From an uncultured Verrucomicrobiota bacterium (GTDB lineage Bacteria; Verrucomicrobiota; Verrucomicrobiia; CAIQCK01), in assembly GCA_964524715.1 (NCBI GenBank), contig CAZGGF010000076.1, positions 28,639-92,638 of the forward strand: a DNA stretch of 64,000 bases, in the 5' to 3' direction. Below the pieces are notes generated by a model. It had not been told where the DNA came from. It searched no databases and saw only the letters and a list, made by a program, of their open reading frames with translations. Every line of letters starts with the position of its first letter. Position 1 is the stretch's first letter. Positions 10,105 through 18,915 of this stretch are shown piece after piece. Position numbers and translations under genes: made by a program.

Positions 10105-10136
10105 GATTTCAGATTAGGACACTACCGCCGGCCCCC
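10105..10136. repeat. right inverted repeat of the cassette
   Basis: Ends 1-2 nt before the stop codon (10138-10140) of the convergent radical SAM gene. Confidence 0.7.
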
Positions 10137-10137
10137 A

Positions 10138-11139
10138 TCACTTGCCGCCGCCGAATGTCTCGACCGGGAGCGAGGTCCGCGCGCGAACCTGCCCGGCGAT
10201 GGCATCAAGCTCCGCCTCGCTCAGCGGTTCAACCCAAGACTCAAGCGGTTTGCGCACGACGGTATAGACTTGGACGAGTTTGATCTTCCCACCACCCCGG
10301 ACGATTTCGTTCAGCCGCTCGCAGTAAGCTTCAATCTCAATGGCAGGCGGCGGCGCGCCATGCAGCTTCATGAAAAGACTCTGGATGACGATGGGGCGTG
10401 GGCGCGCGGTAAGCGCGAGGTTCTTCAGGATGCGGTTGAAAGCAATCGCCGTGCGATTGACTTCCTTGAAATAGGGTTCCGTGCCGGCGTCAAGCTTGGC
10501 CCAGACCTCGCCCTCGCCTTCGTCCAGCAGTTTGAGTCCCGCCTGCACATCCGCCCGGTCGAGCCCGGCGCCATCCGTAATCAAAACCACCTTTGTATCC
10601 TGCAACTTCATTTCGCTCTTCACGCGCGACACGGCCTGAACCACCTCCCGGAACTGACGCACCGTCGTCGGTTCGCCATCGCCGCTGAGCGCGATGTCGT
10701 TGATATGAGTGGCCATGTCCATCACGGTGTTGAACGGGTACTCGCTCGCGAGCGTGCCGGAACGAACCAGTTCCACCATCTGCCGCAACTCCCGTTCCAG
10801 CGTTGCCAGCACGAGCATCGAGACCTTCGGCGTCGTCGCACGATCCACCTGGCAGTAAACGCAGGAGAAATTGCACGCTTTGTTCGGACTCAGGTTGATG
10901 CCAATGGACAAGCCATGGCTGCGGCGCGAGATGACGGGATAAACGTAGTTGAATTCGCGGTAGGTTCGCGGGTGTGAACGGTGGGCGATGGTCAGCCCAT
11001 TCTTGGTTTTTTTGGCGTCAAGCACCGCGAAAAGTAGCACTGCACCACGCCAAGCGCAATCTGCAGATGCATTCAGGTAGAATCCACTGGAATTACGCCA
11101 TGTGACACCGCTAGACTCATGCCATGATCCGAATAGCAT
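10138..11139 (-). CDS. radical SAM protein
   Basis: CX3CX2C 'CNFSCVYCQ' and 'SGDGEPT' motifs. ATG 11139 would overlap the divergent gene by 16 nt. An in-frame GTG at 11025 (VLDAKK...) is an alternative start. Confidence 0.8.
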   Translation of the reverse strand: MLFGSWHESSGVTWRNSSGFYLNASADCAWRGAVLLFAVLDAKKTKNGLTIAHRSHPRTYREFNYVYPVISRRSHGLSIGINLSPNKACNFSCVYCQVDRATTPKVSMLVLATLERELRQMVELVRSGTLASEYPFNTVMDMATHINDIALSGDGEPTTVRQFREVVQAVSRVKSEMKLQDTKVVLITDGAGLDRADVQAGLKLLDEGEGEVWAKLDAGTEPYFKEVNRTAIAFNRILKNLALTARPRPIVIQSLFMKLHGAPPPAIEIEAYCERLNEIVRGGGKIKLVQVYTVVRKPLESWVEPLSEAELDAIAGQVRARTSLPVETFGGGK

Positions 11140-12125
11140 TACTTTCCACAGCCCACTTGCACGTCAACAGCTACGCGCAGGAAGCGCGCAATTCCCAGGA
11201 TGTCCAGATTACATGCGTCTGGGACGACGATCCGGCTCGCGGTCAAACCGCAGCCAAGGAACTCGGCGTGCCATTCGATAATGACCTCGCCCATGTGCTT
11301 AGCCGCAAGGACGTGGACGCGGTCATCGTCTGCTCCGAGAGCAGCAAGCATCGCACCATCCTCATCTCCGCCGCCCACGCCCATAAGCACATTTTCACTG
11401 AGAAACCACTGACCTTGACCCTCGCCGAGGCCGATGAGGTGGCGCGAGAGATCAAAGCCAGCGGCGTAAAGTTCATGATCTCGTTGCCGCAACGCAGCAA
11501 GTCCGAGACCTTGCTGCTGAAGAAGCTCATCGACGACGGCACGCTGGGCAAGATCGCAACCGCGCGGTTCCGCATGGGCCACGCCGCGGCGCTGGAGAAA
11601 TGGTTCAAGAATGGCAGCGCGTGGTTTGGCGATGAAAAGTTCGCCGGCCCGGGCGCGTTGTTCGACATCGCCTGCCATACGCTCGACGCGATGCGCTGGC
11701 TGCTCGGCGAGCCGGCCAGTGTGCTCTGCAAGTGCGTCAATTTCAGCGGCGCGTATCCAATCCCCGACAACGGCGTCGTTGTGGTCGAGTTCAAGAACAA
11801 GGCCGTCGGCATTCTGGACTTCAGCTACGTGCAGGGCGCCGGGCCGAGCTTCTGGGAGGTTCACGGCACCGAGGGCACAGCCGTGCGCGAAATGCCAGGC
11901 CATCCGCCTGTTACCTACATCAAACGTCAAACCGCGGACGGCTTCGCGCCGGCGTGGCAACGCGTGAGAATGCCCAAGCCGCGGCCGAGCGCCTTGCAAC
12001 AGTGGTTCGCCGCGATCCTCCGCAACGAACCGATGCACATCACCGTGGATGACGCTCGCAACCTCGCGCAATTGCTCGATGCGGCCCGCGCCTCGGCGCG
12101 GGAGGGCAGGGAAATAAAGCTCTAG
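11124..12125 (+). CDS. Gfo/Idh/MocA family oxidoreductase
   Basis: 'MIRIALLSTAHLHVNSY' Rossmann-type N-terminus and 'FTEKPL' motif. 333 aa. Confidence 0.9.
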   Translation: MIRIALLSTAHLHVNSYAQEARNSQDVQITCVWDDDPARGQTAAKELGVPFDNDLAHVLSRKDVDAVIVCSESSKHRTILISAAHAHKHIFTEKPLTLTLAEADEVAREIKASGVKFMISLPQRSKSETLLLKKLIDDGTLGKIATARFRMGHAAALEKWFKNGSAWFGDEKFAGPGALFDIACHTLDAMRWLLGEPASVLCKCVNFSGAYPIPDNGVVVVEFKNKAVGILDFSYVQGAGPSFWEVHGTEGTAVREMPGHPPVTYIKRQTADGFAPAWQRVRMPKPRPSALQQWFAAILRNEPMHITVDDARNLAQLLDAARASAREGREIKL

Positions 12126-12135
12126 GCCGCGCCCC

Positions 12136-12708
12136 ATGAACGTCGTCACGACGATCTCGCGCGAGTGGAAAAACCGCATGCTGATGCAGATGGTGTTCTG
12201 CGTCGGCTTCGGGCTTTGGTTCTTCTACGACGGCTCCGTCACCTACCCAAAACACAACGAACGCATCGCCCAATACAAAGCCGCCGTTGCAAGCGGCGAA
12301 ACCGCCAAGTGGAGCGCGTTCGCTGCCAAAAACGGCTGGCCCGGTCAGGACCATCCAGCCCCCTACTCTTCCGCCGAGCTCAAGACGCAATTCGTGCTCG
12401 GCGCGATCAGCGTCGCGGCGGGCGCGGTGACCATCCTCTGGCTGATTCTCGGCCGGCGGATGAAGATGAGCAGCGACGGACAAACCGTCGTTGGCGTGCG
12501 CGGCGTGCGCATCCCGCTGGAGGCGTTCACCAGTGTGGACAAACGAAAATGGGAGCGCAAAAGCATTGCCTATGTCTTCTATGAGCAGGACGGGCAGCGC
12601 CGCAGGCTGACGATTGACGACTACAAATTCGTTGGCGCTGAAGACATCCTAAAGCAAATCGAGGAACATCTCGCGAAGAAGCAACCCCCTGCGGCGAACC
12701 CCTCCTGA
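12136..12708 (+). CDS. two-TM membrane protein with soluble C-terminal domain, unknown function
   Basis: ATG 12136, 10 nt after the upstream stop. Hydrophobic segments MLMQMVFCVGFGLWFF and VLGAISVAAGAVTILWLIL. Confidence 0.55.
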   Translation: MNVVTTISREWKNRMLMQMVFCVGFGLWFFYDGSVTYPKHNERIAQYKAAVASGETAKWSAFAAKNGWPGQDHPAPYSSAELKTQFVLGAISVAAGAVTILWLILGRRMKMSSDGQTVVGVRGVRIPLEAFTSVDKRKWERKSIAYVFYEQDGQRRRLTIDDYKFVGAEDILKQIEEHLAKKQPPAANPS

Positions 12709-12964
12709 CCCTTCGCGCCAACAACAGATCTTCCCGCGGTAACGTGCGCGTCCCGTCGTACTATTTGACATTCTGCCCACGCGTCCCATCATCCCATCCA
12801 CGGAACGTGTCAACCGGTTCGCAGAGCTTCCGTGCCGGCCTGCGGATATAATTGCAGCCGTTCCCTTACGTTTTTTTCACGGTACATCCGGGATTGCCAA
12901 AACGCCTGGAGGACGCATATTCGAGGAACTGACTTTGGTGCTCGAAACGGCACCAACGCAAGTG

Positions 12965-14776
12965 ATGAACACTTTATCAAGAGTTACGCGGCTGCTGTTG
13001 CGATTACGGCTTCGGGCATCCGAGATCATCCGCTCAACGGAACTTCAGGCACTGTTGTTTTGGGCTGGTGTCGTTGGATTCCTGGGCGGGATTTCGGCCA
13101 TTGCATTCCGCCATGCCATCACGGGTCTGCAATGGATGATGACGGGACATGCCGGCAGTTTTGTCGCGATTGCGTCCGGCCTGCCTTGGTTCGAGAGACT
13201 GATCATACCAGCCGCTGGTGGACTGGTCGCGGGGCTGGTGTTGCAGTTCGGCCTCAAGTTGACGCGTCACATCCCCTACAACGATTACATGGAAGCCATT
13301 ACGCTGGGCGACGGGGTGGTGCGCGGCCGGCCAACGCTGGTTAAGAGCTGCTCGTCGTTGTTCTCCATCGCCTCCGGTGGCTCCATCGGGCGGGAGGGCC
13401 CTATGGTGCAGATTGCCTCCATGCTGGCGTCGCTGGTCGGCCGGTTCTTGAAAGCCAGCCCACCGCGACTGCGGCTGCTGACGGCCTGTGGCGCGGCGGC
13501 GGGCATCGCATCAGCTTACAATGCGCCGATCGCCGGCTCTCTCTTCGTGGCTGAGGTCGTGTTGGGTTCGATCGCGATGGAGAGCTTCGGCCCTCTGGTG
13601 TTCGCCTCCGTCATCGCAACACTGACGGTGCGAACATTCTATTCCGCACAATCTGTCTTCCATGTGCCCACGTTCAAGATGGTGTCGGGCTACGAGCTGA
13701 TTCTGTTCTTGGGATTGGGGATAATTGCCGGCTGTCTCGCGCCGCTGATGCTGCGTTTGCTGGACCTTGCGAAGATCGCGTTTGCGAAGTGGAACGGACC
13801 CACGTGGTTGAAACTGACAGCCGGCGGTCTGGCGGTTGGCGCGATCTCGACGTACACGCCACAGGTGTGGGGCAACGGTTACAGCGTCGTCAGTTCGATC
13901 CTGCAGACGGAGTGGCTCTGGCAAACGCTGACAGTCGTGTTGATCTGCAAGTTGATAGCTACCGCGGCCTGTTTCGGCTCCGGCGCCGTGGGGGGCGTGT
14001 TCACACCCACATTGTTCATGGGCGCCGCTTTCGGCTGCCTCGTTGGGAAACTGATCCACACATTATTCCCCTCGGCGACCGCCGAACCGAATGCCTACGC
14101 GCTCATCGGCATGGGCGCGTTGTTGGCAGCCACCACAAAGGCGCCGCTCATGGCAATTCTGATGCTGTTCGAGATGACGCTCGACTACGCGATTGTGTTG
14201 CCGTTGATGCTCGCCTGCGTCACCGCTTACTTCATGGCGTGTTCCATCTCGAAATGCTCCGTTTACTCGCACGCCATGGAGACCGGCCACCAGGAGCGTC
14301 ACAGGTTCTCGCTGACCGAAACCAAGGTCCGTGAGTTGTTGAAACCCGCCCCGCCAGTCGTCAAACCCAATGCATCTTTCGCCGAGATATGCCAGGCGTT
14401 CCACAGCAGCAATCACAACAAATTATATGTCATTGGCGATGCACAGCGATTGCTCGGAGTGATTCCGCTGGAGGCCATCCGGCCTCACATTAACGATCCC
14501 GGCCTGACCACGCTGGTGATTGCACAGGATTTGCTCGATGAGCATTTCCCGGCGACGACAGCCGACAGTTCCGTGGCGCACGCCATTGAGTTGTTTTCCC
14601 GCCGGATGTGCGAGCGTCTGCCGGTGGTGGATAACGAACACCACCGCGCGTTGCTCGGCACCATCTCAAAAACCGATATCCTGCTGGCCCTTGCCGAAAG
14701 TAATCGCAGCCGCAACGTGGAGAACAACACCGGTGCGACAGTGTCGCTGACGAACGCGGACGAGTCGCCGCGTTGA
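12965..14776 (+). CDS. ClC-family voltage-gated chloride channel with C-terminal CBS pair
   Basis: 'GREGPMVQ', 'GSGAVGGVFTP' and 'KAPLMAILMLFEMT' selectivity-filter motifs. The track start 12935 is TTG; the first ATG is at 12965. Confidence 0.9.
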   Translation: MNTLSRVTRLLLRLRLRASEIIRSTELQALLFWAGVVGFLGGISAIAFRHAITGLQWMMTGHAGSFVAIASGLPWFERLIIPAAGGLVAGLVLQFGLKLTRHIPYNDYMEAITLGDGVVRGRPTLVKSCSSLFSIASGGSIGREGPMVQIASMLASLVGRFLKASPPRLRLLTACGAAAGIASAYNAPIAGSLFVAEVVLGSIAMESFGPLVFASVIATLTVRTFYSAQSVFHVPTFKMVSGYELILFLGLGIIAGCLAPLMLRLLDLAKIAFAKWNGPTWLKLTAGGLAVGAISTYTPQVWGNGYSVVSSILQTEWLWQTLTVVLICKLIATAACFGSGAVGGVFTPTLFMGAAFGCLVGKLIHTLFPSATAEPNAYALIGMGALLAATTKAPLMAILMLFEMTLDYAIVLPLMLACVTAYFMACSISKCSVYSHAMETGHQERHRFSLTETKVRELLKPAPPVVKPNASFAEICQAFHSSNHNKLYVIGDAQRLLGVIPLEAIRPHINDPGLTTLVIAQDLLDEHFPATTADSSVAHAIELFSRRMCERLPVVDNEHHRALLGTISKTDILLALAESNRSRNVENNTGATVSLTNADESPR

Positions 14777-14810
14777 CTCGCCAAAACCGAAGACTCTTAT
14801 TCGCCCGTAT

Positions 14811-16001
14811 CTATTGGACGCGGAGTCTGAACACCACACCGTTGCCATTGTTGCCACCATTGCATGCCATTCCGTAGAGGTTGGAGCCAAACAATGTCAG
14901 CGAACCAAGCGGACCGCGGCCATCGCCCCTGCCACCCGCAAAGGAATGCAGGATGGTGTAGTTGCTGCCATCAGTGTTGATCTTGAAGATCACGCCTCGA
15001 TCCATGCTTCCACCGAACTCCGTCATTCCGTAGAGGGTGGAATTGTGTAACGTCAACGAACCGCGCGGGGAACTGCCGTCGCCTTTTCCACCGGCAAAGG
15101 AGTGAAGGATGGAGTAACCGCGGCCATCGGCGCCAATTTTGAACACCACGCCTTGATTGCCGCTTCCGCCAAATGCTGTCATTCCGTAAAGAGTGGACTC
15201 CGATGAGGTCAGCGAGCCATAGGGACTGCCACCATCACCTCTGCCGCCGGCAAAAGAATGCAGAATGGTGTAACCACTGCCGTCGGTATTCATCTTGAAC
15301 ACCACACCCTTGTCGTTTCGCCCACCGCCCACCGTCATCCCGTAGAATTTGGAATCTGACAGCGTCAGTGAGCCAAGTGGATTGCGGCCATCTCTGCCCC
15401 CGCCGGCAAATGAATGAAGGTTGGTATAACCGCTGCCGTCGTTGTTGATCTTGAACACCACGCCACTGTTTTCTCTGCCGCCGTCCTCCGTCATTCCGTA
15501 GATAGTTGAGCCGGATAAAGTCAGCGCGCCATTCGGGCGCAGGCCGTCGCCCCTGCCGCCAGCAAAGGAGTGCAAGATAGTGTAGCCGCTGCCGTCGCAA
15601 TTGACTCTGAAAACAGTGCCGTAGTCTTTGCTTCCCCCTTTGAGCGTCATTCCGTAGAGGGTGGAGCCAGCCACGGTCGGCGCGCCATACGGAAAGGCTC
15701 TGCCACCATATCCTGTAGGAAAACGGTCAGGGATGCTTAAGCTAAAGGAATGGAAGTTGGTGTAGCCGCTGCCATCACCGTTCAACTTGAAGATCGTGCC
15801 GTAGTCGTCCTTCCCGCCGCTGCTCGTCATTCCGTAGAGAGTGGACTCAGACAATGTCAGTGATCCATACGGAAAGCCCCCATCGGCATTCGCTATGGCG
15901 AAATGGTGAAGAATGGCAAGCTGCGCGCGTGCGGTGACGGCTGTAAGCACCATCATCACGCCGAGCGTGAGAACAATCTGGTTAACACGCAAAACCCTCA
16001 T
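14811..16001 (-). CDS. GloVer (Gloeo_Verruco) tandem-repeat secreted protein
   Basis: Trimmed to ATG 16001 (AAAGGA upstream; signal MRVLRVNQIVLTLGVMMVLTAVTARA). About 8 repeats of 'GSLTLSGSTLYGMT..GG...GVVFK.N.DGSGYT.LHSFAGG..DG..P'. Confidence 0.8.
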   Translation of the reverse strand: MRVLRVNQIVLTLGVMMVLTAVTARAQLAILHHFAIANADGGFPYGSLTLSESTLYGMTSSGGKDDYGTIFKLNGDGSGYTNFHSFSLSIPDRFPTGYGGRAFPYGAPTVAGSTLYGMTLKGGSKDYGTVFRVNCDGSGYTILHSFAGGRGDGLRPNGALTLSGSTIYGMTEDGGRENSGVVFKINNDGSGYTNLHSFAGGGRDGRNPLGSLTLSDSKFYGMTVGGGRNDKGVVFKMNTDGSGYTILHSFAGGRGDGGSPYGSLTSSESTLYGMTAFGGSGNQGVVFKIGADGRGYSILHSFAGGKGDGSSPRGSLTLHNSTLYGMTEFGGSMDRGVIFKINTDGSNYTILHSFAGGRGDGRGPLGSLTLFGSNLYGMACNGGNNGNGVVFRLRVQ

Positions 16002-16187
16002 GGGTGTCCTTTCCCGGGCTCCGCAGTTTCGAGGTTCATGGCTCGATATCTCCTCGCGATTACAGCACAACCTCCATCCACCCATCCACTTTGGCAAGAA
16101 GAACTGATGCGGGCACGGTTCATCTGTATGCCACCGGCGGTTGTATTCCTCAGTGACGCTACGGGGACAACCGGTCGCGTGTGCCCC

Positions 16188-16232
16188 CCAAAAAAAGCAA
16201 CTGAGGCGGTTGCGCCATCGCACAACCGCCTC
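16188..16232 (-). terminator. putative intrinsic terminator of the Cys-rich protein gene
   Basis: Perfect 10-bp stem GAGGCGGTTG / CAACCGCCTC (16203-16212, 16223-16232) with a 10-nt loop. On the minus strand it is followed by AGTTGC then T7. Confidence 0.5.
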
Positions 16233-16261
16233 GTGTCGGTTCTGGAATCAGGTCCGGGCCT

Positions 16262-16768
16262 TCACTTCATCCACGGACATCCCGGGCATGCGCCACAAGC
16301 TGGAGCCGTCGTGCCGAGCGGACAATTGGCCCAACAGCCCTGTCCTCGGCCACCGCACCACGCCGGGCCACCGCAACGACTCGCAATCTGCTGTTGCAGT
16401 TCCTTGTTCTGGGTCATCAACTCACGGAACTGTACCCGCAGCTTCTCCAGAACAGCCTTCTGCGCATCCAACGCCGTGGAGCTTGCACCATTCTTTTGCA
16501 GCGTGGCCAAAGCCTTCTGTTCATCACGAATCTCCGTCTGTAACTTCGTCACCTGTTCGATGAACGCCTTCTCCTTTGCGTCAGCCGGTGTTACGCACGT
16601 CAACCAGCAACCCGTGCCTGGGCCAGTGTTTTGATAACACCAACCGCGTCCCTGACCGCACCAACCGCGTCCCTGGCCACAATAGCCGCGTCCCTGCGCA
16701 AAACCGGATGCCGCCGTCAACGCCAGCACCAAACCGCCCATCATCAGAATCTGCCATGTTCGTTTCAT
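16262..16768 (-). CDS. secreted Gly-Arg-Gly/Cys-repeat coiled-coil protein (DUF5320-like architecture)
   Basis: AAGGAG lies 7 nt upstream of ATG 16768. Signal MKRTWQILMMGGLVLALTAASGFA. 'GRGYCGQGRGWCGQGRGWC', a central heptad-like helix, and a Cys-rich C-terminus 'CGGRGQGCWANCPLGTTAPACGACPGCPW'. Confidence 0.7.
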   Translation of the reverse strand: MKRTWQILMMGGLVLALTAASGFAQGRGYCGQGRGWCGQGRGWCYQNTGPGTGCWLTCVTPADAKEKAFIEQVTKLQTEIRDEQKALATLQKNGASSTALDAQKAVLEKLRVQFRELMTQNKELQQQIASRCGGPAWCGGRGQGCWANCPLGTTAPACGACPGCPWMK

Positions 16769-16825
16769 CGTCATTCTCCTTCTCATCGTTCGCCGCCAAA
16801 CTTCATTCTGTTGTCACGGTAGAGA

Positions 16826-16852
16826 AGACGAGCTGTCCCATCGGCGCATTCC
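16826..16852 (-). promoter_or_regulatory. ECF-type promoter candidate (TGGAAT-N17-CGTCT)
   Basis: Minus strand reads AAATAAATGGAATGCGCCGATGGGACAGCTCGTCTTCTC. 32/39 positions are identical to the site at 20.8 kb by my count. Confidence 0.45.
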
Positions 16853-16901
16853 ATTTATTTCAGACACGGCGTCCGGATTTCACCATGGACACCATTCGGC
16901 C

Positions 16902-16930
16902 TTGACGGAGCACGGTTTTGAGCATATTCT
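16902..16930 (+). promoter_or_regulatory. sigma70-like promoter candidate for the DUF134 operon
   Basis: TTGACG (16902-16907), a 17-nt spacer, then TATTCT (16925-16930), about 29 nt upstream of ATG 16959. Confidence 0.35.
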
Positions 16931-16958
16931 CATAACCATCCGCTCTGTTTGAATATTT

Positions 16959-17444
16959 ATGCCAAGACCTTGTTGCCTAAGACATGTTCGGAATCTTCCG
17001 GCGGCCGTTTATTTCAAGCCGCGAGGGATTCCCATGATCGAGTTGGAGCAAGTCACCCTCACGCTCGACGAAGTGGAGGCGTTACGGCTGGCGGATTTGG
17101 AGGCGCTCTATCAGGCGCAAGCGGCGCAGAAGATGAAGGTGTCGCGCGCGACTTTTGCCCGGATCGTCGAGCAGGCGCGTCGGAAAGTGGCCGAGGCCCT
17201 GATCCACGGCAAGGCAATCTGCATGGAAGGCGGGTCCGTGGTCCTGAAAGGAATGAACACAATGCCAAAAGGTGACGGAACCGGCCCTGCCCCAAGCGGA
17301 CAGGGGATGGGGCGAGGAATGTGTAGATGCGGACAGCGCCACGGCGCCAGACGCAGTGGCTGTTGCGGCGGGAAAGCGAATCCCGGGCAGGTTTGCTGTT
17401 CAACCAAAACGGCATCCGTCTGCAAACAAAAGAAAGGCAAATAA
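16959..17444 (+). CDS. DUF134 (UPF0251) DNA-binding protein fused to a DUF5320-like Gly/Cys-rich tail
   Basis: 'YFKPRGIPM...LTLDEVEALRLADLEAL.QAQAAQKMKVSRATFARIVEQARRKVAEALIHGKAI' is DUF134. The tail 'MPKGDGTGPAPSGQGMGRGMCRCG...CCGG...CC' resembles the DUF5320 N-terminus. Confidence 0.8.
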   Translation: MPRPCCLRHVRNLPAAVYFKPRGIPMIELEQVTLTLDEVEALRLADLEALYQAQAAQKMKVSRATFARIVEQARRKVAEALIHGKAICMEGGSVVLKGMNTMPKGDGTGPAPSGQGMGRGMCRCGQRHGARRSGCCGGKANPGQVCCSTKTASVCKQKKGK

Positions 17445-17450
17445 ATAATC

Positions 17451-17831
17451 ATGAGACTTTGTATTCCAGTTGCAACAGATGAAGGGTTGAACAGCATCGT
17501 ATACGGGCATTTCGGGTCGGCCCCATTGTTTGTGCTGGTGGACTCGGAAACGATGACCGTGGAACCCCTAGCCAACCGTGATCAGACTCACGTCCATGGG
17601 GCCTGCAATCCCCTGCGGGCGCTGGCAGGCCGGCAAGTGGACGCGGTGGTCGTCGGCGGCATTGGCCCAGGCGCGGTGAACGGTCTCCAGCGGGCTGGCA
17701 TCGCTGTCTATCAATCCCCCGCACAGACGTTGGCCGAAGCCGTCGCGCAATTCAAACAAGGCCGCCTTCCCAAGATCGGTTTGGAGAATGCTTGTAGCTC
17801 GCATGGCGACGGCGGTTGCGCTCATCACTAA
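17451..17831 (+). CDS. NifB/NifX-family (dinitrogenase FeMo-cofactor-binding domain) protein
   Basis: 'MRLCIPVATDEGLNSIVYGHFGSAPLFVLVD' and 'VDAVVVGGIGPGAVNGLQRAGIAVY' are typical of the PF02579 fold. His/Cys-rich C-terminus. Confidence 0.85.
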   Translation: MRLCIPVATDEGLNSIVYGHFGSAPLFVLVDSETMTVEPLANRDQTHVHGACNPLRALAGRQVDAVVVGGIGPGAVNGLQRAGIAVYQSPAQTLAEAVAQFKQGRLPKIGLENACSSHGDGGCAHH

Positions 17832-17844
17832 ACCCGGCTGAAAC

Positions 17845-18234
17845 ATGGAAATCAAAGAAACCAAGCCAACCTTCGTAGTCTACGTCTGCGGCGGCTCGGC
17901 CGACGTGGGTGAGTTGACCGACCGCGCCGCGCGGCAAATGAGCCGTGATGGCATCGCCAACATGTCGTGTCTGGCCGGCATTGGCGCACGCGACGGGGAC
18001 ATGATGTTCAATGCCGAATACGCAACCCGAGTGCTGCTGATGGACGGCTGCCCCAAGGCTTGCTCGCGGCGCACATTTGAGAACGCCAATTTGCACCGTT
18101 TTGTTCATTTCGACATGAGCGCCGTCGGCTTGCTCAAAGGCCAAAGCCCGGTAACCGAAGAGAACATCCGTCGCGTAGTCAGCAAAGCCACCACGATGCT
18201 GACCGGCGCGGCATCGCAGACCCGAAAAACATGA
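17845..18234 (+). CDS. DGC-domain putative zinc/iron-binding protein
   Basis: 'VYVCGGSADVGELTDRAARQM' and 'LLMDGCPKAC' (DGC motif). 129 aa. Confidence 0.7.
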   Translation: MEIKETKPTFVVYVCGGSADVGELTDRAARQMSRDGIANMSCLAGIGARDGDMMFNAEYATRVLLMDGCPKACSRRTFENANLHRFVHFDMSAVGLLKGQSPVTEENIRRVVSKATTMLTGAASQTRKT

Positions 18235-18893
18235 CCACGCCCCACCTGCGCAGACGAAAGTCGCTGAAGGCAAAGTCACGCGCGGCAGAGCGGGCCAACC
18301 ACCGCCAACTGCTCGAACGGGAAACGTTCTTCCGCACATTCGGCTACGACCTCCCGAAGGGCATCGCCTTTGCCTTGGCCCAGTCGTTGCCGTTGGGTGG
18401 ATCGGTTCTCGAAATCGGCACCGGCAAGGGGCGCTTCCTCGTTGAATTAACCAAGCACACCACGGCTATCACTACCGTGGACATTGCTGTCGAAGAACAA
18501 GCGTGCGCCCGGCTCAACGCCCGTTTTGCCGGCGTGGAAGATCGAATCAAGTTCGTTCTCCGGGACGCTGCCCGGCTGCCGTGGCGGAACGGCGCATTTG
18601 ATGCCGCAGTGACCTTCAACGCAATGCATCACATCCCGCATTTCCAGCCGGTGTTGAAAGAAGTATTGCGCGTGGTCAAACCCGGCGGCAAAATCGTTCT
18701 CGCTGACTTCAGCCCGCGCGGATTTCAAATCATGGATCGCATTCATCGCGCCGAAGGGAAAATCCATCAGCACGAAGTCCATCATTTCCGCGACCTGCAA
18801 CGTTTCCTGCGCAAGCGCGGCTTGGTCACGCGACTGAGCAAAGGTTGCAACCAGGAAGTGCTGGTGGCGACTCTGCCTTGCGCCAGTGTCTGA
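18231..18893 (+). CDS. class I SAM-dependent methyltransferase
   Basis: ATGA overlap with the DGC gene. Motif I 'VLEIGTGKGRF', 'AVTFNAMHHI' and 'LKPGGKIVLADF'. Confidence 0.85.
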   Translation: MTTPHLRRRKSLKAKSRAAERANHRQLLERETFFRTFGYDLPKGIAFALAQSLPLGGSVLEIGTGKGRFLVELTKHTTAITTVDIAVEEQACARLNARFAGVEDRIKFVLRDAARLPWRNGAFDAAVTFNAMHHIPHFQPVLKEVLRVVKPGGKIVLADFSPRGFQIMDRIHRAEGKIHQHEVHHFRDLQRFLRKRGLVTRLSKGCNQEVLVATLPCASV

Positions 18894-18915
18894 ACCGCAT
18901 AGGAGCTTTCCACTC

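Larger units (their letters stand above)
8090..10136. mobile_element. inverted-repeat-bounded, AT-richer cassette carrying an ImmA/IrrE-DUF4411 gene pair (no transposase)
   Basis: IR cores GGTAGTGTCCTAATTTGAAATC (8104-8125) and GATTTCAGATTAGGACACTACC (10105-10126) are reverse complements at 21/22 positions. GC-rich extensions (GGGGG.CCGGC) lie on both outer sides. The interior is visibly AT-richer than the flanks. Confidence 0.45.

Noticed and set aside
10138-11139. Radical SAM gene as the missing partner of the Memo-AMMECR1 fusion
   Set aside because: It lies 16 kb away on the other strand, separated by unrelated genes. Its sequence around the cluster motif does not recall the dedicated AmmeMemoRadiSam radical SAM subtype. 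This cannot be decided without profile searches.
10069-12179. Long ORFs antisense to the radical SAM gene (10069..10977 +) and to the Gfo/Idh/MocA gene (11139..12179 -)
   Set aside because: The opposite strands carry unmistakable CX3CX2C and Rossmann/oxidoreductase motifs. The antisense translations are Arg/Ala/Gly-rich with no signatures.
12709-12964. Possible fluoride riboswitch or sigma70 promoter upstream of the ClC channel gene (a perfect TATAAT at 12847-12852)
   Set aside because: I could not recognise the crcB-motif core. The channel has CBS domains, unlike riboswitch-controlled ClC-F proteins. No acceptable -35 box sits 16-18 nt upstream of the TATAAT.
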